This document shows positions 1 to 8,684 of a stretch of DNA of 64,000 nt, piece after piece. The stretch covers positions 64,684-128,683 of the forward strand of contig CAZEDL010000001.1 in assembly GCA_964510885.1 (NCBI GenBank), in the 5' to 3' direction. The notes under the pieces were generated by a model. It did not search any database, had not been told where the DNA came from, and saw only the letters and a program-made list of their open reading frames with translations. Origin of the DNA: an uncultured Gammaproteobacteria bacterium. GTDB taxonomy: Bacteria > Patescibacteriota > Patescibacteriia > Magasanikbacterales > GWA2-37-8. The stretch's first letter is position 1, and each line of letters starts with the position of its first letter. A program made the position numbers and the translations under genes.

Positions 1-251
1 AGTAATTTAATTACTTGCTTTGTTTTTAAGTACCTTATTTGGTCTAAAATATTAATAGACTTTATCAATAAATCTTCATGAGATTTTCCATTCATTTTTC
101 CAAATCCCTTTATACGGTAAACTCTGGTTTTAATTATCTTTTTTTTCTTTATAATTGATTCAACTATTTTAATAACCTTGTCTGGAGTAATGTGGGCGAA
201 CGCCTCAACAAGCTCAAGGTTATTAAAAATATCATCGTTATTTTTTTGCAT
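1..251 (-). CDS. hypothetical protein, 3'-truncated by the window edge; part of the AT-rich element
   Basis: ATG at 249-251 (reverse strand) opens a frame (MQKNNDDIFNNLELVEAF...) that runs to position 1 with no stop. It overlaps the stop of the upstream minus-strand gene by 14 nt. It is open-ended, which is presumably why it is not in the ORF track. Confidence 0.3.
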   Translation of the reverse strand, partial: MQKNNDDIFNNLELVEAFAHITPDKVIKIVESIIKKKKIIKTRVYRIKGFGKMNGKSHEDLLIKSINILDQIRYLKTKQVIKL

Positions 252-1218
252 AGCTGATTAGTTTATCTGCCTGTCTATTAATGAAATCAAAAACAACGGG
301 GTGTCGAATGTCTGACAAATTTTTATAAATCTGTAGCTTCTGCTTATGATCAATAAATAGGCTAAATAGCTTGTCTAAATCAATTTTATTTATAGCTTCG
401 TATACAAGTAATTGGCCCACATCTCTTTTTATCTCATCCTGGGCTGACTTAAAAATATAAATATCTTTATTTTTATAAATTAATTCTTGTTTGTGCAGAC
501 TTAACAAAATATCACTCATTTGCCCTCCTGTAACTTTAAGCATTCTTGCAATTGCGCGGTATTCGACTTTTGTTACTCTGCCGACCAAATATATAATACT
601 AGCTACAAGCAGTATCTTATCTTTTAAATCTATGGCTATATTTAAAATTTCTTTAGGGAGATCTAAAAACTCATTTTTCTTTGCTAAATTTTTTATATGA
701 ACATAAAATTGTTCTACCAAATCACTATCGCCACGCTTTAGAAGTTCAAGATTGGGAATGCGAACATTTCTACTATCTTGTTTATTTGTTTTATTTAGTA
801 TCTCAATATTAATATTGCTAAAGTGATACCAATATATTTCAGGAGTACTTTGTTTCTTCGTCACCTCATTTATATTGGCAACAACAAATAAAATTGTTGG
901 CAAGTTTATTTCTTTACAAAAATCAATGAATTTGCGAGAACTTGTATAAGTTCCATCTATAATTTTTTGCTCAGTTCCTTTTAATTGAAAAAATACCACA
1001 TTGTTTAAGTAGTCCCCGTGCATGCTAGCCGCTGCTTTTCTCAGCCTTAAAAAACCATCAGTATCAGGTGTATTATCCTTTATGCCGTGAAATTGCAGAT
1101 CAAATTGATCGCCATGTTTATTCATGAAGTAGTCACTTATAATAGAAACCGCTTTTTCATCCAATCGATTCTGCTTATTATATTTAGTCATAGTGATTCT
1201 ATAATTTTTCACCCCCAC
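238..1218 (-). CDS. hypothetical protein (326 aa) of the integrated element, AT-rich, no recognisable domain
   Basis: Long ORF in the track. Lys/Ile/Asn-rich composition typical of the low-GC element. Tightly coupled to the downstream gene. Confidence 0.5.
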   Translation of the reverse strand: MGVKNYRITMTKYNKQNRLDEKAVSIISDYFMNKHGDQFDLQFHGIKDNTPDTDGFLRLRKAAASMHGDYLNNVVFFQLKGTEQKIIDGTYTSSRKFIDFCKEINLPTILFVVANINEVTKKQSTPEIYWYHFSNINIEILNKTNKQDSRNVRIPNLELLKRGDSDLVEQFYVHIKNLAKKNEFLDLPKEILNIAIDLKDKILLVASIIYLVGRVTKVEYRAIARMLKVTGGQMSDILLSLHKQELIYKNKDIYIFKSAQDEIKRDVGQLLVYEAINKIDLDKLFSLFIDHKQKLQIYKNLSDIRHPVVFDFINRQADKLISYAKK

Positions 1219-1263
1219 CCCCCTCGCTTGATATAAATAAAAATGCCTCTGATCAAGGCATTT

Positions 1264-1722
1264 TTAGTCACTTAAAATTTCAGCTTCACTTCCTGCAAGC
1301 TCTCCTTCAATATAACCAGAATCATTGGTCTGGTTTACTCGTCGTAGTATCTCAGCCATTGTAAAGCGGTGATTATGATCAATTTCGCTCTTATCTTTCC
1401 AGCCAAAGTTGTTCTTGGCGATAAAAATAGCCCCAATCGGCGGCCGGCCGGACAACAAATAAGTCTCTAGCCAACTTTCCGCATAACTTCTCGCTCTTTT
1501 TATCGTGGGAAGAAATTCGTCGCGTTCGGCATAATCAACTAGGGTCCTGCGACTACAGCCTAGCATTACCGCTAGGCCAGACATAGTAAAGGGTTGTTTA
1601 TTTGCTTCGCAATGAGCCTTATAAGCTTCGATTCTAGCTTCTAGCTCTTCTGGAGAGTTCCAGAGCCTGGGACGCCTGCTAGAGACCTTTTGGAGTTGTT
1701 TTTCGTAAGCAGGAAGTGCCAT
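1264..1722 (-). CDS. terS: phage terminase small subunit (P27/Terminase_2-like)
   Basis: 152 aa. The HTH-like block PFTMSGLAVMLGCSRRTLVDYAER, followed by GAIFIAKNNFGWKDKSE, matches the conserved core of P27-family small terminases. Confidence 0.7.
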   Translation of the reverse strand: MALPAYEKQLQKVSSRRPRLWNSPEELEARIEAYKAHCEANKQPFTMSGLAVMLGCSRRTLVDYAERDEFLPTIKRARSYAESWLETYLLSGRPPIGAIFIAKNNFGWKDKSEIDHNHRFTMAEILRRVNQTNDSGYIEGELAGSEAEILSD

Positions 1723-1783
1723 ATAAGTAAGGAAAGGTTATTTTCCTTAATTTTAGCACTTTTTTGGCTTAACTACAATCTTT

Positions 1784-2041
1784 TTATTCACTTTTAAGTC
1801 CTTTTTTGACGAGACAGTTGTTAAAAGTAGATTTGTTATAGTTTAGTACGTTTTTATTTTCAGTTATTGCTTCAGTTTGAGCCATTCTACCAACAGGGGC
1901 AATATATGCAGCCTCAGCCTGTTTATAACAATTTTTAATAATAAATGAGGGACGAACGCTATACCAAAAGAAAAATACACCTAGAATTAACAAAGAGCTT
2001 AAGATGATAACAACAAATTTATTCTCAAAAAATTTAGCCAT
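1784..2041 (-). CDS. small membrane protein (85 aa), single N-terminal TM helix
   Basis: ORF track. The hydrophobic segment VVIILSSLLILGVFFFW is predicted as a TM helix. It is divergent from the primase/integrase block. Confidence 0.4.
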   Translation of the reverse strand: MAKFFENKFVVIILSSLLILGVFFFWYSVRPSFIIKNCYKQAEAAYIAPVGRMAQTEAITENKNVLNYNKSTFNNCLVKKGLKSE

Positions 2042-2063
2042 AAGTTAAAAAATAAATAAAAAC

Positions 2064-2194
2064 GGACGCCCGACCTGCGAAACAACAATTGGCGTCCGAA
2101 GATGCCTTTTGTGTTGGTCGGAACGTCCGTTCCAGTACACAAAAAGGCAAAGGGTTTTTTACCCAAATCTTCGGACAAAGTTTGTTGTTTCGCG
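2064..2194. promoter_or_regulatory. highly structured ~130-bp region of nested perfect inverted repeats (candidate origin, operator or ncRNA of the element)
   Basis: Perfect arms: 2077-2088/2183-2194 (gcgaaacaacaa), 2093-2102/2167-2176 (gtccgaagat), 2104-2114/2137-2148 (gccttttgtgt), plus 2064-2070/2124-2130 (acggacg). Confidence 0.4.
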
Positions 2195-2431
2195 GCGTTA
2201 TGGTACCTCTAAATATAATAAGAAGTCAAATAAGATGGTCAGATTTAGGCTAACTTTAAAGTAATACATAAGGTGTGGATAATACATGAAAATTCTGTTG
2301 ATGCAGTATTTATAAAATGTTAATATTATTTATAGCTGAACGACAGAATTAGAAAAAAATCAGAAAATTAACAGTGGATAAGCACCACTTGTAAAAAAAA
2401 TTCTTAATCTTCGAGGCTAGGCAACCTCAGC

Positions 2432-2470
2432 AAAAAAGCCAGATTTCGACTATTCGAGTCTGGCTTTTTA
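2432..2470. terminator. bidirectional intrinsic terminator-like hairpin
   Basis: aaaaagccaga...tctggcttttt: GC stem flanked by an A-run and a T-run. Confidence 0.45.
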
Positions 2471-2521
2471 TTTATATCTAAAAGCGTGTAAAAAGTTAGA
2501 CTCTAAAAGTCGAACCAATTT

Positions 2522-2603
2522 ACGTGCTTGAAAATAAAACTCGTCTTTCACGAGGTAGATCGGATTCAAGCACGTATCTACTTAATTAAGAAAGACGAGT
2601 TTT
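2522..2603. promoter_or_regulatory. interleaved perfect inverted repeats, A-B-A'-B' arrangement
   Basis: A 2522-2532 acgtgcttgaa / A' 2564-2574 ttcaagcacgt. B 2537-2550 aaaactcgtctttc / B' 2590-2603 gaaagacgagtttt, followed by a T-run. Confidence 0.4.
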
Positions 2604-2635
2604 GTGTTTTTATCAAGAATAGTTAGTCCGGATTT

Positions 2636-2788
2636 ATGGTTAGTTCCCAGCAAATACAGGAACTGCAGGTAATTCTCAAGGAAGAATATGGCAAAGATAT
2701 TACCTTGGATCAGGTGTCGTTATTAGCGAACGGCTTAGTTAATTATTTCGATTTATTAGCAAAAATTTATCATCGTACTCAATAAATT
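2636..2788 (+). CDS. small ORF (50 aa) upstream of the zinc-ribbon/primase genes; possible small regulator
   Basis: ATG at 2636. Product MVSSQQIQELQVILKEEYGKDITLDQVSLLANGLVNYFDLLAKIYHRTQ. Below the ORF-track cutoff. Lies in the divergent control region. Confidence 0.25.
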
Positions 2789-2794
2789 ATATAT

Positions 2795-3016
2795 ATGCCA
2801 ATTTATTTAACTTGTCCTAAATGCAATTTGTTAATTGAACCAATAGTGATTATTCGTTTTATGAAAAATAAAAATTACACAGAAAAGCAAGATATAAAAT
2901 TTAAGTTTTGTTTGAAGGCTATTTGTTCCGAGTGTAGAGATTATATAAAATTTCTTCCTCATACAGATGAAAACATTAATTTATTTGATAATTCAGAACT
3001 CATATGGAAGAAATAA
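2795..3016 (+). CDS. small zinc-ribbon protein (CxxC...CxxC)
   Basis: 73 aa with CPKC and CSEC pairs. Overlaps the primase start by 13 nt, so translationally coupled. Confidence 0.45.
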   Translation: MPIYLTCPKCNLLIEPIVIIRFMKNKNYTEKQDIKFKFCLKAICSECRDYIKFLPHTDENINLFDNSELIWKK

Positions 3017-4767
3017 AAAAAGCCGCTTTACGATATTTGGAATTGGGTTTGTCTGTTATACCGCTTAAGCCAAAATCAAAAAATCCTTACATCTCTTCAT
3101 GGAAAGAATTTCAAAATAGACGTGCTAGTTTAGATGAAATTCAAAAATGGTGGGAGCAGCCAGATCTCAATATTGGTATAATTTGTGGACAGGTATCAAA
3201 TATAGTGGTGGTTGATATTGATAAAAATGATCCAGAAATTATTAAATCTTTGAAATTACCTCCTACTTTTATAGTAAAAACTGGTCGTGGTTTTCATTAT
3301 TATTATAGATATCCGACAGGTCTAAAAATTCCTGTAATTAAATGTTATTGGGGTGAGATTCGGGGCAATGGAGGTTATGTAGTCGGATCTCCTTCTATTC
3401 ATGTAAACGGTCAGATATACGAAGCTATATCAGATCTTTCAAGTATTGATGAGCTACCTGTGCTACCTGCTGAGTTACTTAAACGTTTTGGTGAAATGTC
3501 CAAAGGAAATAAATACGAACAGATCGTTCAAGGTGTTGCAGAAGGCGGAAGAAATAATGCTGCCGCTAGTTATATAGGTACAATTATAAATAAGATAGAT
3601 AAAGACAGGTGGGAAACAACAGCCTGGAATCTTGTGCTTTTTTGGAATTCTAAAAATATACCGCCTTTAGAAACGGCAGAACTAAGACGTACATTTGAAA
3701 GTATATGTTCGAGAGAAGTGGGTAAGCGAGAAAGCGTTCCTGGTTTTGCTGAAGATAAACCAATAAAACATTCAAACTTTACTATCACGAAATGTAGTGA
3801 AATGTTAACAAAAGAAGTCGAAAAATTTCCCTATATTATTGATCGGATCGTTCCCGAGCATGCAATTACTGCTATTACCGCTGATACCGGTAAGGGGAAG
3901 AGTTTGTTCGCGCTATTTTTGGCTAAAGCGGTCGCTGCGGGAGAAAAATTATTTGGTGAGTTTGAAGTTAAAAAAAATAAAGTCTTATTTATTGACCAGG
4001 AAATGGATGGGGATTTAATCATAGGACGTTTCAAATCAATAATCACCGAGAATATCGATATCGATTATATTTATGAACAATTTTGGACTATCAATAACGA
4101 AGAAGACTATGAATGGCTAAAGAATGAAATTATTTCTCAAAAGTACGGGTTAATTATTTTTGATACCCTAACGACCATACACACTCTCGAAGAGAACAGT
4201 GCTGATGATATGAAAAAACTTAATAAATTATTCCTACGTCTTATCAAAGAAACGGGCACTACTATAATTTATTTACATCATCATCGTAAACAGCAAAGTG
4301 GAGAAGCTCGAAATGGGTCATTATCCCGTGGATCAACTGAAATTACTGCTAAAGTGGCTAGTCATTTAAGATTGGAATCTAAAAGAGAGGGCGGGTTCTT
4401 AGAAGAAAAGATGATATTAAATATGACCTTAACACAGGAAAAAGCCAGAAGACCAGAAAGCATCTCGACGATTGGAATAAAGGTTACCCATGATAAAAAA
4501 AGTAAGATTACCACCTATGACTATCAGGGGATGGTTGAAGAGAATTTTGGACAAATAGAACAGGCCAAGAATTTAATTATCAAGGAACTTGAAGAAGATT
4601 ATCCTGAATTAACTGTTAGACAAGTTAAAGAGCACTCAGATATAGGATTAAACAGCATAAGAATAGCATTCAAGGAGCTTGTGAGGAAAGGTGTTTTAGA
4701 CTCTCGCAAGGCTGAGCATAATACATGCTATTATTTTTTGCGACCCCAACAGGTAACCACTCTTTAG
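3004..4767 (+). CDS. replication primase-helicase: bifunctional Prim-Pol domain + PriCT_1 + RecA/D5-like P-loop NTPase + C-terminal wHTH
   Basis: N-terminal LSVIPLKPKSKNPY...VVVDIDKND (Prim-Pol). PriCT-like segment NLVLFWNSKNIPPLETAELRRTFESI. Walker A ADTGKGKS. Confidence 0.8.
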   Translation: MEEIKKAALRYLELGLSVIPLKPKSKNPYISSWKEFQNRRASLDEIQKWWEQPDLNIGIICGQVSNIVVVDIDKNDPEIIKSLKLPPTFIVKTGRGFHYYYRYPTGLKIPVIKCYWGEIRGNGGYVVGSPSIHVNGQIYEAISDLSSIDELPVLPAELLKRFGEMSKGNKYEQIVQGVAEGGRNNAAASYIGTIINKIDKDRWETTAWNLVLFWNSKNIPPLETAELRRTFESICSREVGKRESVPGFAEDKPIKHSNFTITKCSEMLTKEVEKFPYIIDRIVPEHAITAITADTGKGKSLFALFLAKAVAAGEKLFGEFEVKKNKVLFIDQEMDGDLIIGRFKSIITENIDIDYIYEQFWTINNEEDYEWLKNEIISQKYGLIIFDTLTTIHTLEENSADDMKKLNKLFLRLIKETGTTIIYLHHHRKQQSGEARNGSLSRGSTEITAKVASHLRLESKREGGFLEEKMILNMTLTQEKARRPESISTIGIKVTHDKKSKITTYDYQGMVEENFGQIEQAKNLIIKELEEDYPELTVRQVKEHSDIGLNSIRIAFKELVRKGVLDSRKAEHNTCYYFLRPQQVTTL

Positions 4768-5016
4768 TTTAGTAGTTTGTTTGTTAGTATATAAACTATT
4801 AATAAACCAATAAGCACATTCTTTAGACTTGTAAGAAGAGTCTAAAGATGGTCTGCATTTTCCCCTTAATCAATAAACTACTAAACTGTAAAGATGTTTT
4901 TTATCTTAGATTAGCCAAGAATGTATTTATTAAAAAATCTTAATAACCTAAAAATAAACTAATACTCTTTTTACTTAAGAACTAAGCTAGACTATAATAG
5001 TTAAAAATAAATTCAT

Positions 5017-6606
5017 ATGGAAAATAAACCGCTACAGTGTATTATCTACGCTCGCGTATCCTCTAAAGAACAAGAGGAAACAGGGTACTCTCTGGATGCA
5101 CAGGAGAATTTATTAGCTACCTATGCTCAAAAGCAGGGATATAAGGTGGCAAAAACTTTCAAAATTACTGAATCGGCGAGTGGGAAACAGATCAGAAAAA
5201 TGTTTAACGACATGATGATTTATACGACAAAGCATTCAGTGCCCATCATCTTGTGTGAGAAAATCGATCGTCTTACCAGAAATCTAAAGGATGCAGCATT
5301 AATTAGTGATTGGCTAAACGAAGATGAGCGACGAGAAGTTCATTTTGTAAAAGAGTCGTTTGTAGTCAATAAAAACACCCGAGCCCATGAGAACCTGGTG
5401 TGGGATATGAAGGTAGCGATAGCTAGATTTTATACTAATAACCTTTCCGAAGAGGTTAAAAAGGGTCAAAAAGAGAAAATATCTCAAGGCGGCTATCCAT
5501 GTATGCCGCCCCTTGGTTACAAGACTATTGGAGAAAAAGGACATAAAATTTGCGTACCCGATGAAACAAAAGCTCCTCTTATTGCTAAAGCCTTTGAGCT
5601 ATATTCAGCCGGCCAATATTCAATTAATGCTTTGTGCAGGACAATGCACGAAGCTGGTCTTAGAAACCGTAACGGAGCAATGGTAAGCAAAACTCAGATG
5701 CATCGTTATCTAAGCGAGACGTTCTACTGTGGCCATTTCTATTGGAATGGAAAAATGTATAAAGGCACTCATACGCCCATAATCTCCCAAGAGCTCTATA
5801 ATTTAGTTCAACATAAACTAGTTCGCTCTTCTTCTAATCCTCAGTATAAGAAGCATTTAACAGTGTTTAAAGCGGCTATAAAGTGCGGTGAATGCGGGGG
5901 AGTTATAACTTGGGAACTTCAGAAGCAACATTGGTACGGCCATTGTAATCATTATAGGAAGTGCAGCCAAAAGAGTTACCTGCGTCAAGAAGAAGTAGAA
6001 AAACAGCTATTCCCTTATTTTGATAAAATTGCACCAAAAAATGACCGCATACTGCAATGGCTTGACGAAGCCTTAAAGGAGCATCATGGGGAAGAGATTA
6101 AACTTACTACCACAAAAAGAAGCCAATTAAATGCTCAATTTGAGCGTATTCAAAAAAGATTAGAAGCCATGTATCTTGATAAGCTCGACGGTCGGATCAC
6201 TATGGAATTTTATGACACTAAATTTAAAGAATTTACGGAAGAGAAAGAAGTCATACTTAGCGAACTCCAAAAATTAAATAACGATAACAATCTGTACTAC
6301 GAAGCTGGTTATGCCATCCATCTTTTAGCCAGTAAAGCGAAAGAAATTTATCAAAGTGAAAAGGCTACAGTTGAGGAGAAAAGATTATTACTGAGTTACG
6401 TATTTTCGAACCAAACACTAAAAGATCGAACCTTAGCCGTAAATTACACTCCAGCATTTGAATTTCTCGCAAAATGGGTACCACTCCTCAATCGTAGTTT
6501 CGAACCATCAAAAAAGAGCTTAGATAAAATGAAAACAGAGGCTTTTGCCTCTGCTCGTTCGGTTGTGCTCCGGGGGTGGGATTCGAACCCACGACCAATT
6601 GGTTAA
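5017..6606 (+). CDS. large serine recombinase (integrase)
   Basis: Catalytic N-terminus IYARVSSKEQEETGYSLDAQE with DRLTR motif, recombinase domain and Cys zinc ribbon (CGECGG...C..C). The last ~38 nt of the CDS overlap the 3' end of tRNA-Asn. Confidence 0.85.
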   Translation: MENKPLQCIIYARVSSKEQEETGYSLDAQENLLATYAQKQGYKVAKTFKITESASGKQIRKMFNDMMIYTTKHSVPIILCEKIDRLTRNLKDAALISDWLNEDERREVHFVKESFVVNKNTRAHENLVWDMKVAIARFYTNNLSEEVKKGQKEKISQGGYPCMPPLGYKTIGEKGHKICVPDETKAPLIAKAFELYSAGQYSINALCRTMHEAGLRNRNGAMVSKTQMHRYLSETFYCGHFYWNGKMYKGTHTPIISQELYNLVQHKLVRSSSNPQYKKHLTVFKAAIKCGECGGVITWELQKQHWYGHCNHYRKCSQKSYLRQEEVEKQLFPYFDKIAPKNDRILQWLDEALKEHHGEEIKLTTTKRSQLNAQFERIQKRLEAMYLDKLDGRITMEFYDTKFKEFTEEKEVILSELQKLNNDNNLYYEAGYAIHLLASKAKEIYQSEKATVEEKRLLLSYVFSNQTLKDRTLAVNYTPAFEFLAKWVPLLNRSFEPSKKSLDKMKTEAFASARSVVLRGWDSNPRPIG

Positions 6607-6639
6607 CAGCCAACTGCGCTACCGCTGCGCTACCCCGGA
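6568..6639 (-). tRNA. tRNA-Asn (anticodon GTT)
   Basis: Reverse complement folds as a cloverleaf: acceptor TCCGGGG/CCCCGGA, D-arm GCGC/GCGC, anticodon stem GTTGG/CCAAT with loop CTGTTAA, T-arm GTGGG-TTCGAAT-CCCAC. No CCA encoded. Confidence 0.85.
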
Positions 6640-6736
6640 ATATTTTTAAGTAAAAATAGTATAGCCGAAGCCCTAGAGCATGTCAATATTACTTTTATTA
6701 GAGTTTAGCGTAACTCCGTGATACAGTATCCTACAT

Positions 6737-7240
6737 ATGCTTCGCTTAATTCGTCCCACTCAAAAATACAAAAAAAGTTTCCTCGCTGCCTTTACCCCAG
6801 ATAGCCAATATTTGCACTATGACAAAAAAGCTATCACCGCTGATTTTCCACAGTTCATTAGAGAATTAAAGTGTCGGGCACACGGGAAATATCTCCCGCC
6901 CGGCTACATGCCCGATATGTTCTACTGGCTAGTCGAAGACGACCAATACATCGGCACAGCCACGCTCCGGCCGCGTCTAAATGCCCACTTACGTCGGATT
7001 GGTGGAAATATTGGCTATATGATCGCCCCACGCGCCCGTCGCCAGGGTTATGGCACCCAAATTTTAGCGCTCGCCCTTAAAAAAGCTAACCAACTGGGGC
7101 TTAAAAAAGTTCTAATCACATGTGATGAAACCAACGATCCATCCTATAAAATAATCATTGCCAATGGCGGCAGGTATAAAAACAGAGTGAAGCAAGGCGT
7201 AGGATTGCCAGATAAGTTACGCTTCTACATTACGCTCTAG
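6737..7240 (+). CDS. GNAT family N-acetyltransferase
   Basis: Motif A RRQGYGTQIL and overall GNAT-like layout, 167 aa. Followed by hairpin plus T-run terminator at 7239-7267. Confidence 0.6.
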   Translation: MLRLIRPTQKYKKSFLAAFTPDSQYLHYDKKAITADFPQFIRELKCRAHGKYLPPGYMPDMFYWLVEDDQYIGTATLRPRLNAHLRRIGGNIGYMIAPRARRQGYGTQILALALKKANQLGLKKVLITCDETNDPSYKIIIANGGRYKNRVKQGVGLPDKLRFYITL

Positions 7241-7267
7241 CCGGCCTTTTGAGGTCGGCTTTTTTGT
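7239..7267 (+). terminator. intrinsic terminator after the GNAT gene
   Basis: agccggcc...ggtcggct followed by tttttt. Confidence 0.5.
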
Positions 7268-7302
7268 GCTAATATAGAGCCATTATATTTATAGGCTGCG
7301 CT

Positions 7303-8022
7303 ATGACCAAAGAAGGGCTGCCAGCACCAGAGTACAAACACGTAATAATTCCACCTGAAAGGAAGGAACGATCTGATTTTATCAAACAGAGATGGGAGAT
7401 TTATGCTGTGACTGAGATGTTACCTCCTGATGTCGTCACATTTTTGCAGACGGTAGAAAAACTATTCGCTTCTGGAGTAACCGTGCTACAACTGCGAGAC
7501 AAATTAGCGAACCAAGACATGCTCCGAAACGTGGGAGCGGAATTGTGTAAATTAGCCGAGCGATATGAAGCTTGCCTAATTGTAAATGATGACCCATCTC
7601 TTGCGATTGATGTTCGTGCGGCTGGAGTACACCTCGGACAATCCGATATGCCAGTTGCTGCCGCCCGAAAGCGCTTAGGTAAGGAAGCGGTGATAGGTGT
7701 ATCAGTCCACTCGACTGCCGAAGCGTTTGCTGCGCTTCAGGCCGGCGCTGACTACATAGCTGTAAATGGAGTTTTTCCTTCTGCTAGTAAACAGGTTACG
7801 CCGCTCGGACTCGAGACGGTTTCCGCTATCCGCTCTGCATTCCCAGATGCCCCAATATTAGGCATTGGAGGCATCACCCCGGCCAACGCTCGCCAAGTTA
7901 TTCAAGCCGGAGCCGACGGGATAGCTATGATTTCAGCATTATTTAAGTCAAAGGATATTCCAGCCACCGTTGCTCACCTCCAAACCATTATTCATCAGGC
8001 AAAAAATTCACCATCATTATAA
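7303..8022 (+). CDS. thiE: thiamine-phosphate synthase (ThiE/TMP-TENI family)
   Basis: VLQLRDK, LIVNDDPSLA, AGVHLGQSDMP and GIGGITPANARQVIQAGADGIAMISALF match the ThiE TIM-barrel motifs. The true start may be an internal Met. Confidence 0.6.
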   Translation: MTKEGLPAPEYKHVIIPPERKERSDFIKQRWEIYAVTEMLPPDVVTFLQTVEKLFASGVTVLQLRDKLANQDMLRNVGAELCKLAERYEACLIVNDDPSLAIDVRAAGVHLGQSDMPVAAARKRLGKEAVIGVSVHSTAEAFAALQAGADYIAVNGVFPSASKQVTPLGLETVSAIRSAFPDAPILGIGGITPANARQVIQAGADGIAMISALFKSKDIPATVAHLQTIIHQAKNSPSL

Positions 8023-8027
8023 AATTT

Positions 8028-8684
8028 ATGTGTTTTTCAGCTTCGGCCAGCTTTACTGCCAGTGCCGGCCTAGCCGTTATCGGGGGAGTATCGCTTAAAA
8101 AAACCACTCTTCGTTCACACTATCTGCTTGCGAGCATCCCACTGTTATTTGGTATCCAACAGGGGATAGAAGGCTTATTATGGATGGCCTTCAATCACGG
8201 CTTGTTTCGCGAGTATATTTCTGCGTTGAGCCTGGCGTACGGTTTTTTTGCTTTTTGCCTATGGCCAGTATATGTACCGCTCGCCGTATTTGTAATTGAA
8301 CGCCAATACTGGCGACGGGTGGTGATGTGTGCGCTCTTATTTCTTGGTGTCGGTATCAGCTTATGGCTATCATATTATGTCTACCTCCAGCCTTTTTCAG
8401 TGGGAGTCCTTAATGAAAGTTTGCATTATCGGATAGAATTAACCGGTGCCGAAGCCAAAGCCTGTCTGATTGCCTATGTACTGGTAGTTTTTGCAGCTCC
8501 ATTCTTTTCGCGCCAGCGTTATATTCGCCTATTTGGGTGCGCTCTTTTGGCTTCAGCTGCGGTATCATTCTATTTCTATTTATTTGCGGCCTATTCAGTC
8601 TGGTGCTTTTTTGCCGCCATTTTGAGCGGTGTCATATTTTTTGAAGTAAGCCGCCAGCAATCCGATACTCCCTATGTCAAATAA
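8028..8684 (+). CDS. polytopic membrane protein, unknown function
   Basis: 218 aa with 6 or more hydrophobic helices. Lies directly upstream of, and overlapping, the MFS gene. Confidence 0.45.
   Translation: MCFSASASFTASAGLAVIGGVSLKKTTLRSHYLLASIPLLFGIQQGIEGLLWMAFNHGLFREYISALSLAYGFFAFCLWPVYVPLAVFVIERQYWRRVVMCALLFLGVGISLWLSYYVYLQPFSVGVLNESLHYRIELTGAEAKACLIAYVLVVFAAPFFSRQRYIRLFGCALLASAAVSFYFYLFAAYSVWCFFAAILSGVIFFEVSRQQSDTPYVK

Larger units (their letters stand above)
1..6639. mobile_element. integrated element at tRNA-Asn, left end outside the window: serine integrase, primase-helicase, terS, palindromic divergent control region; phage-satellite-like or degenerate prophage
   Basis: GC is ~30-35% across 1-5000 versus ~45-50% beyond the tRNA. 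The integrase overlaps the tRNA 3' end. Phage genes are present with no structural genes visible. Confidence 0.55.

Noticed and set aside
7241-7302. Possible TPP riboswitch upstream of thiE
   Set aside because: The region is only ~60 nt and consists of a terminator plus a promoter-like A/T tract. No CUGAGA/ACCUGA TPP motifs are present.
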